Shown: positions 1 to 8,728 of the stretch, piece by piece | How positions within the stretch are numbered: position 1 is the stretch's first letter | How the letters are laid out: the number at the start of each line of letters is the position of its first letter | NCBI GenBank assembly: GCA_964634005.1 | Contig: CAZWKQ010000001.1 | Location: 343,788-407,787, forward strand | Reading direction: 5' to 3' | Length of the DNA stretch: 64,000 bases | Source of the DNA: an uncultured Bacteroides sp. | Lineage (GTDB): Bacteria > Bacteroidota > Bacteroidia > Bacteroidales > JACABE01 | The notes under the pieces: generated by a model | Told to the model about the DNA's origin: nothing | Databases searched by the model: none | Seen by the model: the letters and a program-made list of their open reading frames with translations, nothing else | Translations under genes and position numbers: made by a program

Positions 1-290
1 CAGCTAAATACTTAAAAGATGATGTCTCGGAAAATATTAAAAATAAAAGGCTTACCGAAATCATTGAACTTCAAAACAGTCTTTCACTAAAAAGCAACAC
101 TGCCGATATCGGAAAAACATTTGAAGTACTTATAGACAGCTACTCAAAACGTTCGAACGATATGTTTTCGGGAAGAAACAGCCAGAATAAAGTAGTAGTT
201 TTCCCCAAAAAAGACTACAGTATTGGACAATATGTCAATGTTAAAATTAATAAATGTACTTCGGCAACATTAATAGGAGAAATTGAATAA
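1..290 (+). CDS. miaB: tRNA-i6A37 methylthiotransferase MiaB, C-terminal fragment (5' end outside window)
   Basis: Frame 3 is open from the window edge to TAA at 288-290. The translation (..KRLTEIIELQNSLSLKSN..GKTFEVLIDSYSKRSNDMFSGRNSQNKVVVFP..GQYVNVKINKCTSATLIGEIE) resembles the TRAM-domain tail of MiaB-type enzymes. Confidence 0.7.
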   Translation, partial: AKYLKDDVSENIKNKRLTEIIELQNSLSLKSNTADIGKTFEVLIDSYSKRSNDMFSGRNSQNKVVVFPKKDYSIGQYVNVKINKCTSATLIGEIE

Positions 291-379
291 GGCTGATTTA
301 TAAAAAGAATAAATTATTACTTTTTTGTTAAAAAAAATGTCATAACGCAAATAATTACATTGCTTTGTAAAAAAAGTGT

Positions 380-387
380 TATTTTTG
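380..387 (+). promoter_or_regulatory. Bacteroidota sigma-A -7 box (TATTTTTG, consensus TAnnTTTG) upstream of wza-like gene
   Basis: Exact match to TAnnTTTG, 41 nt upstream of the ATG at 428. Confidence 0.4.
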
Positions 388-427
388 CAAACTGCTAATA
401 AATAAAAAATTACTTAATCTATTAATA

Positions 428-1225
428 ATGAATAGAATCTTTTTTATCTTAAAAAAATCCAGAATTTTTATAATTATAGGACTTATTGCTTATTTAACAT
501 CTTGTACACCCCAAAAAAAATTGATTTATTTACAAGAGAAAGCACAAAAAGAGAGTTCAAATGTATATTCATCCAAAGGCCCTGATTATAGGCTAAGACC
601 TTATGATGTTTTGTACATAAGAGTAAACAGTATAAACAGCGAAAGTTTCGATTTCTTCAATGCCGGTCAGGGTGTAAACAACTCTTATTTATTCCAAAGC
701 GAAATGGGAGTTTATCTTAATAGCTACACCATAACCGATTCGGGCTTTATTAATTTTCCGGTTGTAGGAAATATTGAGGTTTCGGGTCTTACTGTAGAAG
801 AAGCACAGAAAAAAATTCAATTATCAATAAACAATTATTTAAAAGACGCTACAGCTACAGTAAAACTTGCAAGCTACCGTGTTTCAATAATTGGTGACGT
901 TATGAAGCCTGGAGTTTATTATTTTTATCAAGATAAAGTAAATTTACTTGAAGCAATAGCCAAAGCAGGCGATTTAACTGTTTATGGTAACCGTTTCAGA
1001 GTTATGCTGGTAAGAAAAACCGAAAAAGGTGATAAAGTGTCATTTATCGACCTTACTGACAGAAATTTATTAAACAAAGAAGAATTCTATATTCTTCCAA
1101 ACGATATAATATACGTTGAACCCAATAAAGTGGCTAAATCATTGGGATTTGCAACTTTCCCTTGGTCACTTATGTTGTCAACCATTTCAACAGTCGTTGC
1201 AGTTATTGCTTTAGCAAAGAAATAA
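428..1225 (+). CDS. Polysaccharide export outer-membrane lipoprotein, Wza-like (Poly_export + SLBB)
   Basis: ATG start and lipobox LTSC. Poly_export-like YRLRPYDVLYIRV and GFINFPVVGNIEVSGLTVEEAQKKI. SLBB-like VSIIGDVMKPGVYYF..LLEAIAKAGDLT. Confidence 0.85.
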   Translation: MNRIFFILKKSRIFIIIGLIAYLTSCTPQKKLIYLQEKAQKESSNVYSSKGPDYRLRPYDVLYIRVNSINSESFDFFNAGQGVNNSYLFQSEMGVYLNSYTITDSGFINFPVVGNIEVSGLTVEEAQKKIQLSINNYLKDATATVKLASYRVSIIGDVMKPGVYYFYQDKVNLLEAIAKAGDLTVYGNRFRVMLVRKTEKGDKVSFIDLTDRNLLNKEEFYILPNDIIYVEPNKVAKSLGFATFPWSLMLSTISTVVAVIALAKK

Positions 1226-1255
1226 TAATTCAATTTAAATTAAAATAATTTTAAA

Positions 1256-3754
1256 GTGGAACAATATCAGATAAATAACAATTTACCTCAAAGCGAACAA
1301 GAAGAAAAAGTGGACTTTATGTCCATTATATTTAAAATGCTTGCACACTGGCATTACTTTGCTATTTCGATAATTTTAGCATTGCTACTTGCTTTTATTT
1401 TTAATAAATATTCAGTGCCTATTTATCAGGTCAAATCTACAGTTTTGATAAAAGATGATAAAAAAGGCGGCGGTTTCGATAATAGCATATTAAAAGAATT
1501 ATCAATATTTGGTTCACAAAAAAATGTTCAGAATGAAATTGGAGTGCTTCAATCTTACACATTGACTAATAAAGCTATTAAAAATCTTAATTTTTATGTT
1601 TCATATTTCACCGAAAGTAAATTCAAAACAAAAGAACTTTACAAAGAAAGTCCTTTTGAAGTAATTATCGACACATCAGTAAATCAACTGGTTGGCTCTC
1701 CTATTTTCGTAAAAATTGTTTCAAGCGACAAATACGAATTGGAAATTCCTGAGCAGTCAAATGCCACTTTGTTTAATTACAGAGATGAAAAAGCCTTAGA
1801 AGAAAAAGTTGATGTTAAAAAAGTTATAAAAACACTTACTTTCGGCGAGTGGTACAAGGACGAAAATTTGAACTTTAAAGTAGTTTTATCTCCGCAATAT
1901 AAAGCATCTGAGCATAACGGGAAAAATTTTCAGTTTGTAATTAATGATTTAAATCAGCTTACTACTCAATTTAAAAATACTAAAATTGAGCCTATAAACA
2001 AAGAAGCTACTATTCTTGAAATTACACTTAAAGATAAGAATAAACAAAAAGCTATTGACTTTATAAATACATTAACAGAAGTTTATATCAATAGCGATTT
2101 AGAAGATAAAAACTTAATTGCAACAAATACTATTGCATTTATTGATGACCAACTAACAGGCATAACCGACTCGCTTTATAAAGTTGAAAACCAACTCCAA
2201 TTGTTCAGAACATCAAACAAAATAATGAATATTAGCGATGAGGCTAAAACTGTTTTCGAGAAAGTAAATTCTTTAGAAAAGGAAAAAGCTCTTGAAAACT
2301 TAAAATCGAGATACTACAAGTACTTGATGGATTATATTACAAAAAATGCCGAAATCAAGAGTGATATTGTTGCTCCATCTACTATGGGAGTTGAAGATCC
2401 GTTACTGGTTAATCTTGTAGCAGAACTTGTAAAACTATCATCAGAAAAAGAAAGGTTGAAAAGTTCAAGCACATCGCTGAACCCAAGAATTACCGAAATT
2501 GACTTAAAAATTGAAAACTCACGAAAAACTCTGATGGAGAATATCAGAAATATAGTTAACTTTTCAAATATCACAATTAAAGAATTAGATAAGAGAATAG
2601 CTCAGGTACAGGCTGAGGTAAATAAACTGCCTGCGACTGAAAGAAACCTTCTGAATATTGAAAGAAAGTTTAAAATAAACGACCAGATATATACTTTCCT
2701 TTTGGAAAAAAGAGCAGAATCGGCCATTGCTAAAGCCTCCAATATTCCCGATAATAAAATATTAGACAAAGCAAGAGATGCCGAAAAAGTATATCCTAAA
2801 ACCTCTTTGAACTATATTATAGCACTAATTCTTGGAATTATTATTCCTTTGGTTTATATTTTTATCAGAGATTCTTTGAACGATAAGATTGTTGAAAGAA
2901 GCGATGTTGAAAAAATTACCAAATTCCCTATTATTGGTCATGTTATTCACAGTGACAGAGAAAGCAAAATAATTGTACACGATTCACCAAAATCTTCAAT
3001 TGCAGAATCTTTCCGTTCTGTGAGAACAAACTTACAGTTTATTGCCAAGGGTAAAGAAAAACAAACAATATTGGTAACCTCAACAATGGTAAGCGAGGGA
3101 AAAACTTTTGTTTCAATCAACCTTGCTTCAATATTCGCACTATACGGAAAGAAAACATTACTTATGGGTTTCGACTTACGTAAACCTAAAATCTATCAAG
3201 ACTTTCAACTAACCAACACAGAGGGTATAAGTTCTTTCTTAATTGGTAAAAGCAAAATTGAAGATATTATACAAACCTCCTTCCTCGAAAATCTCGATAT
3301 AATAATGGCCGGTCCTATACCTCCAAATCCTGCCGAATTAATTGCATCTGAGAAAAATGACGAATTATTTGCTAAACTCAAAGAAATATATGACTTCATA
3401 ATTATTGATACTCCACCTGTTGGACTTGTTACCGACGCTTTCCTTCTTATGAAATATACCGATGCAAATGTTTATGTTGTTAGACAAAATTACACTCATA
3501 AGAAAGTTTTCGGAGCAATTATCAACGATATTGAAAAGAGAAAAACCGGTGATTTCAATATTTTAATTAATGACGTTCGTTTGGATAGAGACTCATACGG
3601 ATATGGTTACGGATACGGTTATGGTTATGGATATGGTTATGGATATGGTTACGGATACGGTTACGGATACGGTTACGGATACGGATACTATTCAGATGAT
3701 GATGAGCATAAAAATAAGAAAAAGTCATTCTTTAATAAAATGAAAAATTCTTAA
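1256..3754 (+). CDS. Polysaccharide co-polymerase / BY-family tyrosine autokinase, Wzc-like
   Basis: GTG start. Two TM segments flank a coiled periplasmic Wzz/GNVR-type region. Kinase motifs are Walker A SEGKT, Walker A' GFDLRKP and Walker B IIIDTPPV, followed by a C-terminal tyrosine cluster (YG)15YY. Confidence 0.9.
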   Translation: MEQYQINNNLPQSEQEEKVDFMSIIFKMLAHWHYFAISIILALLLAFIFNKYSVPIYQVKSTVLIKDDKKGGGFDNSILKELSIFGSQKNVQNEIGVLQSYTLTNKAIKNLNFYVSYFTESKFKTKELYKESPFEVIIDTSVNQLVGSPIFVKIVSSDKYELEIPEQSNATLFNYRDEKALEEKVDVKKVIKTLTFGEWYKDENLNFKVVLSPQYKASEHNGKNFQFVINDLNQLTTQFKNTKIEPINKEATILEITLKDKNKQKAIDFINTLTEVYINSDLEDKNLIATNTIAFIDDQLTGITDSLYKVENQLQLFRTSNKIMNISDEAKTVFEKVNSLEKEKALENLKSRYYKYLMDYITKNAEIKSDIVAPSTMGVEDPLLVNLVAELVKLSSEKERLKSSSTSLNPRITEIDLKIENSRKTLMENIRNIVNFSNITIKELDKRIAQVQAEVNKLPATERNLLNIERKFKINDQIYTFLLEKRAESAIAKASNIPDNKILDKARDAEKVYPKTSLNYIIALILGIIIPLVYIFIRDSLNDKIVERSDVEKITKFPIIGHVIHSDRESKIIVHDSPKSSIAESFRSVRTNLQFIAKGKEKQTILVTSTMVSEGKTFVSINLASIFALYGKKTLLMGFDLRKPKIYQDFQLTNTEGISSFLIGKSKIEDIIQTSFLENLDIIMAGPIPPNPAELIASEKNDELFAKLKEIYDFIIIDTPPVGLVTDAFLLMKYTDANVYVVRQNYTHKKVFGAIINDIEKRKTGDFNILINDVRLDRDSYGYGYGYGYGYGYGYGYGYGYGYGYGYGYGYYSDDDEHKNKKKSFFNKMKNS
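3596..3691 (+). repeat. In-frame imperfect hexanucleotide repeat (TAY-GGW)x15 + TAC TAT encoding (YG)15YY
   Basis: Codons counted directly: 15 Tyr-Gly dipeptides, then Tyr-Tyr. TAC/TAT and GGA/GGT alternate, so the DNA repeat is interrupted. Confidence 0.95.
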
Positions 3755-3767
3755 GAAGATATACCAA

Positions 3768-3797
3768 TAAAAAAGCGGCTTACTCGCCGCTTTTTTT
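3768..3797. terminator. Bidirectional rho-independent terminator between convergent wzc-like and PQQ-propeller genes
   Basis: AAAAAAA-GCGGC-ttactc-GCCGC-TTTTTTT. The stem is 3775-3779/3786-3790, with an A-run and a T-run on either side. Confidence 0.8.
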
Positions 3798-4935
3798 ATT
3801 TTGTATCTAAGCAATGTAAATATGCTCCGCCTATAATTAATTTCCCATTATAAACGATTGCTGAAGATCTTATTTTATCATTAGTTTTATATGAATTAAG
3901 TAAATTCCCTGTTGCGGCTGAAACTACATAAACATTACCATTATCACTCCCAAAAAATATATAATCTCCTGAAACAACCGGAGATGAATGAATAGCCTTA
4001 TCAACCTGAAAAACAACTCTATAATTGCCTGAATTAGTGTCTATTTGATATAATATTCCTTTTTTAGTTCCAATATAAATATCATTGTTTTTTATTGCAG
4101 GAGATGAGAAAATTGCCGACTCCAAATTAGCTTTCCAATTTATTCTACCTGTCTGATTATCTATAGAATAGAAAAGGCCATCTAAACTGCCTACAAACAA
4201 ATTGTTTTTATAAACCGAGGGTGTACTATGAATGCCTGCTTTTGTTTTAAGTTTCCATACTAAAGCACCTGTATGCTTATCGAGACAATAAATATGTTTA
4301 TCTCTACTTCCAAAATAAATAAAATTCTTATATACAGCAGGAGATGATATAATCCAGCCTTGAGTTTGAAATTTCCATTTCAAACTGCCATCGTGTATAT
4401 TGAGAGCATAAAGACTTTTGTCCATACTTCCAAAAAATACAGTTTGCTCATCATAAACCGGAGAAGAAAAAATCCAGTCGTCGGTTTTGAATTTCCATTT
4501 CAAAATACCGGTTTTAAGATGTAATGCATAGAAGTAAGTGTCGAAACTGCCAAAATATATTGTATTTTTATGAATGGCAGCGCTTGAACGTACTTCTTTA
4601 CCTGTTTTAAATTTCCAAATTTCAGTTCCTGAATTAAAGTCTAAAGCAAAAAAATATCTGCTTTCGCTGCCAAAATATAAGACATTATCATAAACTACAG
4701 GCGAAGAATTAACTCCCGACAAATGGTGAAATTTCCAAATCAACTCAAGATTTTTTCCTGCATCTCCATTATTATAATTTGCTGTTCGGCATTTATTTGC
4801 CCTGAAAACCGGAATTTCTTCATAATTACCGTCATCGTAAATTTCGAGAATTTTACGGGTTGTTGCTATTATTGCAGATACTTGACCAAGCAAATTTTCT
4901 TCTCTTTTGAAAATTTCCAGTTTATTTTGACACAT
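3796..4935 (-). CDS. PQQ-like (BamB/YVTN-type) 8-bladed beta-propeller repeat protein with no signal peptide
   Basis: Eight ~40-aa blades, each with ..G..(W/V)KF.. and ..SSP.(V/I).....(Y/F)FGS.D...Y(A/S)(L/I)D. ATG at 4935 (TTG at 4941 is also possible). The 5' end overlaps the stop of the upstream J-domain gene. Confidence 0.8.
   Translation of the reverse strand: MCQNKLEIFKREENLLGQVSAIIATTRKILEIYDDGNYEEIPVFRANKCRTANYNNGDAGKNLELIWKFHHLSGVNSSPVVYDNVLYFGSESRYFFALDFNSGTEIWKFKTGKEVRSSAAIHKNTIYFGSFDTYFYALHLKTGILKWKFKTDDWIFSSPVYDEQTVFFGSMDKSLYALNIHDGSLKWKFQTQGWIISSPAVYKNFIYFGSRDKHIYCLDKHTGALVWKLKTKAGIHSTPSVYKNNLFVGSLDGLFYSIDNQTGRINWKANLESAIFSSPAIKNNDIYIGTKKGILYQIDTNSGNYRVVFQVDKAIHSSPVVSGDYIFFGSDNGNVYVVSAATGNLLNSYKTNDKIRSSAIVYNGKLIIGGAYLHCLDTK
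3830..4760 (-). repeat. Intragenic 120-nt phased repeat (propeller blades)
   Basis: The plus-strand motif (a/g/c)tttcca(t/a)(t/a) recurs at 4131-4140, 4251-4260, 4371-4380, 4491-4500, 4611-4620 and 4731-4740. The spacing is exactly 120 nt each time. Confidence 0.85.
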
Positions 4936-5671
4936 ACTCAAGTTTTAATCTGTTAAGATCTTCAGTTAGCTTAACCTTAATTTTTTGAAAATATTCATCC
5001 CAATTATCAATATCTTTGATAGTTAAATAAGCATCCGAGTGTTCTATTTGAAATATTTCTTCCTTTAAAGCTTTGACTTCCTGTTCCAATTTTGCAATTA
5101 TTTGTTCAAAACGCTTTATCTCAGTAATTTCTTCGGTTATATGAGCAAAATGCAGTTCATTATTTTTAAGCAAATGATATAATTTTTTTATAGTCTCGAG
5201 ATCATTATTTATATAAGCCTGATTAAGTTTTACAAAAACCTCTGCAGCCTGACTTTTCATTTCATCTGCAATAATATCGGGATGGCATAATTTGCTTGCA
5301 TTTCTAAACAGTTTTTGTAAAAGCTTTTTATCATCATCGTTAAGTTGAAATTTTGGTTCGTTTTTATTGCTTATATATTGCTTTTTAAAATTAATGTAAT
5401 CTTGCTCTGCCTCATTGTATTCGGTGTTTTTATCGGGATTCTGATCTTTTTCGTCAAATAACAGTTTTCTTCTTATATCAAGTATTTCGAAAACAATTCC
5501 TCCAACGGCTTCATTGTATTTAATCCCGAATTGATGAATAAGTTGATATAATTGTGCCTTTCTGAATGATAATACCGATATTTGAGTTTCAAGCAGTGTA
5601 GCCACTGTTTTTAAACCAACCAGTTCTATGTTGTCATTTTTCTGTGGAGTCTTTTTCGACTTATTGTCCAT
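4922..5671 (-). CDS. J-domain (DnaJ-like) protein with coiled-coil C-terminus, cytoplasmic
   Basis: ATG start. Central J-domain signature LFRNASKLCHPDIIADEMKSQAAEVFVKLNQAYINNDLETIKKLY with an HPD tripeptide. No signal peptide or TM segment, and a heptad-like C-terminal region. Confidence 0.7.
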   Translation of the reverse strand: MDNKSKKTPQKNDNIELVGLKTVATLLETQISVLSFRKAQLYQLIHQFGIKYNEAVGGIVFEILDIRRKLLFDEKDQNPDKNTEYNEAEQDYINFKKQYISNKNEPKFQLNDDDKKLLQKLFRNASKLCHPDIIADEMKSQAAEVFVKLNQAYINNDLETIKKLYHLLKNNELHFAHITEEITEIKRFEQIIAKLEQEVKALKEEIFQIEHSDAYLTIKDIDNWDEYFQKIKVKLTEDLNRLKLEYVSK

Positions 5672-5766
5672 ATAAATTGATATACAAATAAATAACTTTA
5701 CATATTATTTTTTGTTCAAATTTGATTAAAAAGTTATTCAAATAATTGAATGATATTTTTAATACT

Positions 5767-6639
5767 CTAATATTTTTCGTTTTCGTCTTTTACGATAAGA
5801 AAATTTTTGGGAAGTTTGCTTTGAATTAGAATAGCTTTTTTTGTTACGGGATGTATAAAACTTATAGATGTTGAATGTAATCTTATTTGTCTAATGTACG
5901 TTGAGTCGGCTCCATACTTCCTGTCTCCAACTATAGGATGTCCCAATTCCGACAAATGAACTCTGATTTGATTTTTGCGTCCTGTTTCAAGAGAAATTTC
6001 CAAAAGTGTGTAGTTACCATAATTACCTATTGTTTTATAATGTGTTACAGCATATTTAGCATTATCGCATTTTTCAACAGATTTCATTTTTTGTTTTTCG
6101 TCTTCAATAAGCCAACTGCTTAAAGTTCCTTCGGTAATTTCAGGCTTACCTTCTACAAGTGCATAGTATATTTTCTCTGTATCTTTCCAATTACTTTTCA
6201 TTGTTTGCATAATATCGGTACTTTTTGCAAGCAATATTGCACCGGAAACTTCTCTGTCAAGACGGTGGATAATGTATGCATGTTTTTTCCCCTTGGTACT
6301 GTCTTTAATATATTCATTTACAGCTTTTAATAAAGAAGGCTTACTAATACTGTCAATTCCGTGAGTAATTATTCCGGCAGGTTTATCAACTGCAATCAAA
6401 TACTCATCTTCATATAAAATTGAATACGGAAATTCGTTACGAAAAGTATTTTTTTTATTTTTAATATATTCTAATTCAGTACCTTCTTTAATAAATAAAT
6501 TCGCTTTTGTTAATTTACGAGTCCCCAAATATATTGAACCTGAAGAAATAATCTTTTTAATTTTTGACTTTGATGTTTCACTAAAGTATTCTGAAACAAT
6601 ATTAATCAACGAATCAGTTTTTTTAACAACAAATTTCAT
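5767..6639 (-). CDS. RluA-family pseudouridine synthase (RluD/RluC-like with N-terminal S4 domain)
   Basis: Catalytic motif HRLDREVSGAILLAK, plus GRKNQIRVHL and PVTKK. Length is 290 aa. Confidence 0.85.
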   Translation of the reverse strand: MKFVVKKTDSLINIVSEYFSETSKSKIKKIISSGSIYLGTRKLTKANLFIKEGTELEYIKNKKNTFRNEFPYSILYEDEYLIAVDKPAGIITHGIDSISKPSLLKAVNEYIKDSTKGKKHAYIIHRLDREVSGAILLAKSTDIMQTMKSNWKDTEKIYYALVEGKPEITEGTLSSWLIEDEKQKMKSVEKCDNAKYAVTHYKTIGNYGNYTLLEISLETGRKNQIRVHLSELGHPIVGDRKYGADSTYIRQIRLHSTSISFIHPVTKKAILIQSKLPKNFLIVKDENEKY

Positions 6640-6654
6640 GTATTCAAAAAAAAA

Positions 6655-8649
6655 TTACATTTCTAATTGAAAATCAGGTATTGAATCTGTATGTTCAATT
6701 AATTTTTTTGCGATTCCTTTTAACTCTATTACAGGAACGAAATTATCGTATTCTTCCTGTGTAATCATCTCTTTTTTCAACATTCTGTTTATGGCAAAAT
6801 TCATATAATCAACAATAAACTGTTTTAAATTTCCATTTTTATCAAATGAATATTTAAACCACTTTGGACGAGGTATTAAATTTGACAGAAACAAAGATTC
6901 GGGAAGAGTCAATTTTGAAGCATCTTTATTAAAATAAAAATGAGCGGCTTCGTTAGCACCATAAATTAATGGTCCCCATTCAATTATATTGAGATACACT
7001 TCAAACATTCTTTCTTTTGTAGAAATATTGTTATTTTCAATAAGCCACACAATAAGAGCTTCTTCAATTTTTCTGGATAGAGTTTTATTTCTGTTCAGAA
7101 ATACATTTTTTACAAGTTGCATACTAATAGTGCTTCCACCTCTTGCAAAACGCCTTGTTTTGATATTTTTGGTGATAGACTCTTTAATTGCCTCGGGAAG
7201 AAAGCCTCTGTGCCAGAAAAACCCAGCATCTTCCGAAATAAGAACTGCATTTTTCAGGTATGTTGATATTTGGTCGAGTCTTCTAAAGTTGGGATTTGAA
7301 GCTCCAACTAAAAATTGTCTCACAGCTTCACCTTTTTCGTAGGCAGTATATTCAAATTCGTCATTTATTTTCGAAAAATCAGTATTTCCAAAACTTATAA
7401 TTTTAAAGTTGTGCCTGTTCAATTCCGACAAAAAGCTTATTGAATCAGGTGAATCTATATCTACGTAAAAATCAAGCTTGTAAGATAAATTCCCGGCGGT
7501 TTTAATGCCTTCAAGGTTAAGGAATAACCCTTCAGGCAACGACTCGAACAAATCTTGAGATGGGAATTGCGGCTTATTAATTTTCAACCATACTTGACGA
7601 GACGGATATAAACAGTACTTAATGTACGGATTAAACGTTAATTTATTGAAATTTACGATCGTACTGCTATCTAACTCGAAATAATTGTCGCCTATATTCA
7701 ACGAAAAATCGAAAGACGCACCTTTAAGTAAAACATCCTTGGTTGAAATTTTATCATTATACAATATTAATCCACTAATCGACGACTTGCCTTTTATATG
7801 ATTGACACTATTTGAATAAGAATTTTCGGAAAAATTGAAATCAAGCGTATCAAATTGTAACTTAACTGCCCACTTGTAATTAATAAAAGGGAGGTTAATC
7901 TTCTTATTTTCATTCGAAAAAAGCTTTATCCTTACATTTTCTTTTTCAGGATTTATCTCTCCTTCACAAAGCCATTTTTGAGATAAATTATTTTCAAATA
8001 CTTCTATCGGAATGCTAAATGATGAATTACTGATATTTATTTTCGGAATCGAAATATTTATTTTCTGGTTTTCACTGTTAGCAAGTACCTTAAAATTTTC
8101 AATACTTATTTTGTCCGGTATCTTAAAGAAAATTGTATTTATTAATTTGTAAATTCTATAACCATATTCATATTTTTTTGAGGTGTTAGTTACTGAATAA
8201 TCACTTTTATTACCTTGAAAAAGAAAGCTGTAGTTATTTTCTTTTCCCGATTTCATCGGACTTAAAATAAAATTTTCGACTTCTATGCTTAATGGTTTTA
8301 TTTTAAATAGAAATAAGTTCCAGAAACTTATTTTAAGTTCAATTTTTTCGATGTAAATCAAATTTTCACCAATTTTTGGTTTTAAATTAATTTTCTCGGC
8401 ATAAACAGTTGAAATTCCTTTAAATTTGATATTTTCAACACTTAATTCTGCTTGGTTGTATTTATTGAAATTTTCTATCTTACTTTCGACAACACTACTG
8501 ATTATAGTATTTCTGAACAATATAAAAACTAATAAAACAAGTGCAATAAAGGCAAAAGTAAAATAGAAAAATTTACTTCTGTTGAATCTAAATGAAAGGC
8601 TGTTAATCTTTATTTTCAATAGTTTGAAAAAATTAAAAATTATATGCAA
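6655..8649 (-). CDS. Membrane-anchored protein with a C-terminal GT51 peptidoglycan glycosyltransferase domain and ~420-aa unknown N-terminal region
   Basis: GT51 motifs are in order near the C-terminus: EDAGFFWHRGF, RGGSTISMQLVKN, SRKIEEAL, KERMFEVYLNII. There is one N-terminal TM segment. The start is uncertain: TTG at 8649 or TTG at 8619, with no ATG upstream of the TM segment. Confidence 0.75.
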   Translation of the reverse strand: MHIIFNFFKLLKIKINSLSFRFNRSKFFYFTFAFIALVLLVFILFRNTIISSVVESKIENFNKYNQAELSVENIKFKGISTVYAEKINLKPKIGENLIYIEKIELKISFWNLFLFKIKPLSIEVENFILSPMKSGKENNYSFLFQGNKSDYSVTNTSKKYEYGYRIYKLINTIFFKIPDKISIENFKVLANSENQKINISIPKINISNSSFSIPIEVFENNLSQKWLCEGEINPEKENVRIKLFSNENKKINLPFINYKWAVKLQFDTLDFNFSENSYSNSVNHIKGKSSISGLILYNDKISTKDVLLKGASFDFSLNIGDNYFELDSSTIVNFNKLTFNPYIKYCLYPSRQVWLKINKPQFPSQDLFESLPEGLFLNLEGIKTAGNLSYKLDFYVDIDSPDSISFLSELNRHNFKIISFGNTDFSKINDEFEYTAYEKGEAVRQFLVGASNPNFRRLDQISTYLKNAVLISEDAGFFWHRGFLPEAIKESITKNIKTRRFARGGSTISMQLVKNVFLNRNKTLSRKIEEALIVWLIENNNISTKERMFEVYLNIIEWGPLIYGANEAAHFYFNKDASKLTLPESLFLSNLIPRPKWFKYSFDKNGNLKQFIVDYMNFAINRMLKKEMITQEEYDNFVPVIELKGIAKKLIEHTDSIPDFQLEM

Positions 8650-8669
8650 AAATACAGTATAATTTGCAT

Positions 8670-8709
8670 AAAAAAGGGTTTATCATTAATCATTTTTAAT
8701 GATAAACCC
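8670..8709 (-). terminator. Rho-independent terminator downstream of the ompA-family gene
   Basis: 12-bp stem gggtttatcatt (8676-8687) / aatgataaaccc (8698-8709), followed on the minus strand by CTTTTTTAT. Confidence 0.75.
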
Positions 8710-8728
8710 GACAAATATGACTATTTGA

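Noticed and set aside
2332-2574. Short antisense ORFs inside wzc-like and other genes (also 3205..3399, 6989..7342, 14300..14647, 23394..24128, 31107..31316, 34013..34342, 38946..39257, 63165..63920 and more)
   Set aside because: Each is nested in a longer ORF with recognisable domain motifs on the other strand. There is no independent support.
3596-3691. Tandem hexanucleotide repeat as a possible non-coding microsatellite or CRISPR-like array
   Set aside because: It is in frame within the Wzc-like ORF and encodes the expected C-terminal Tyr cluster. There are no spacers. It is reported as a coding repeat instead.
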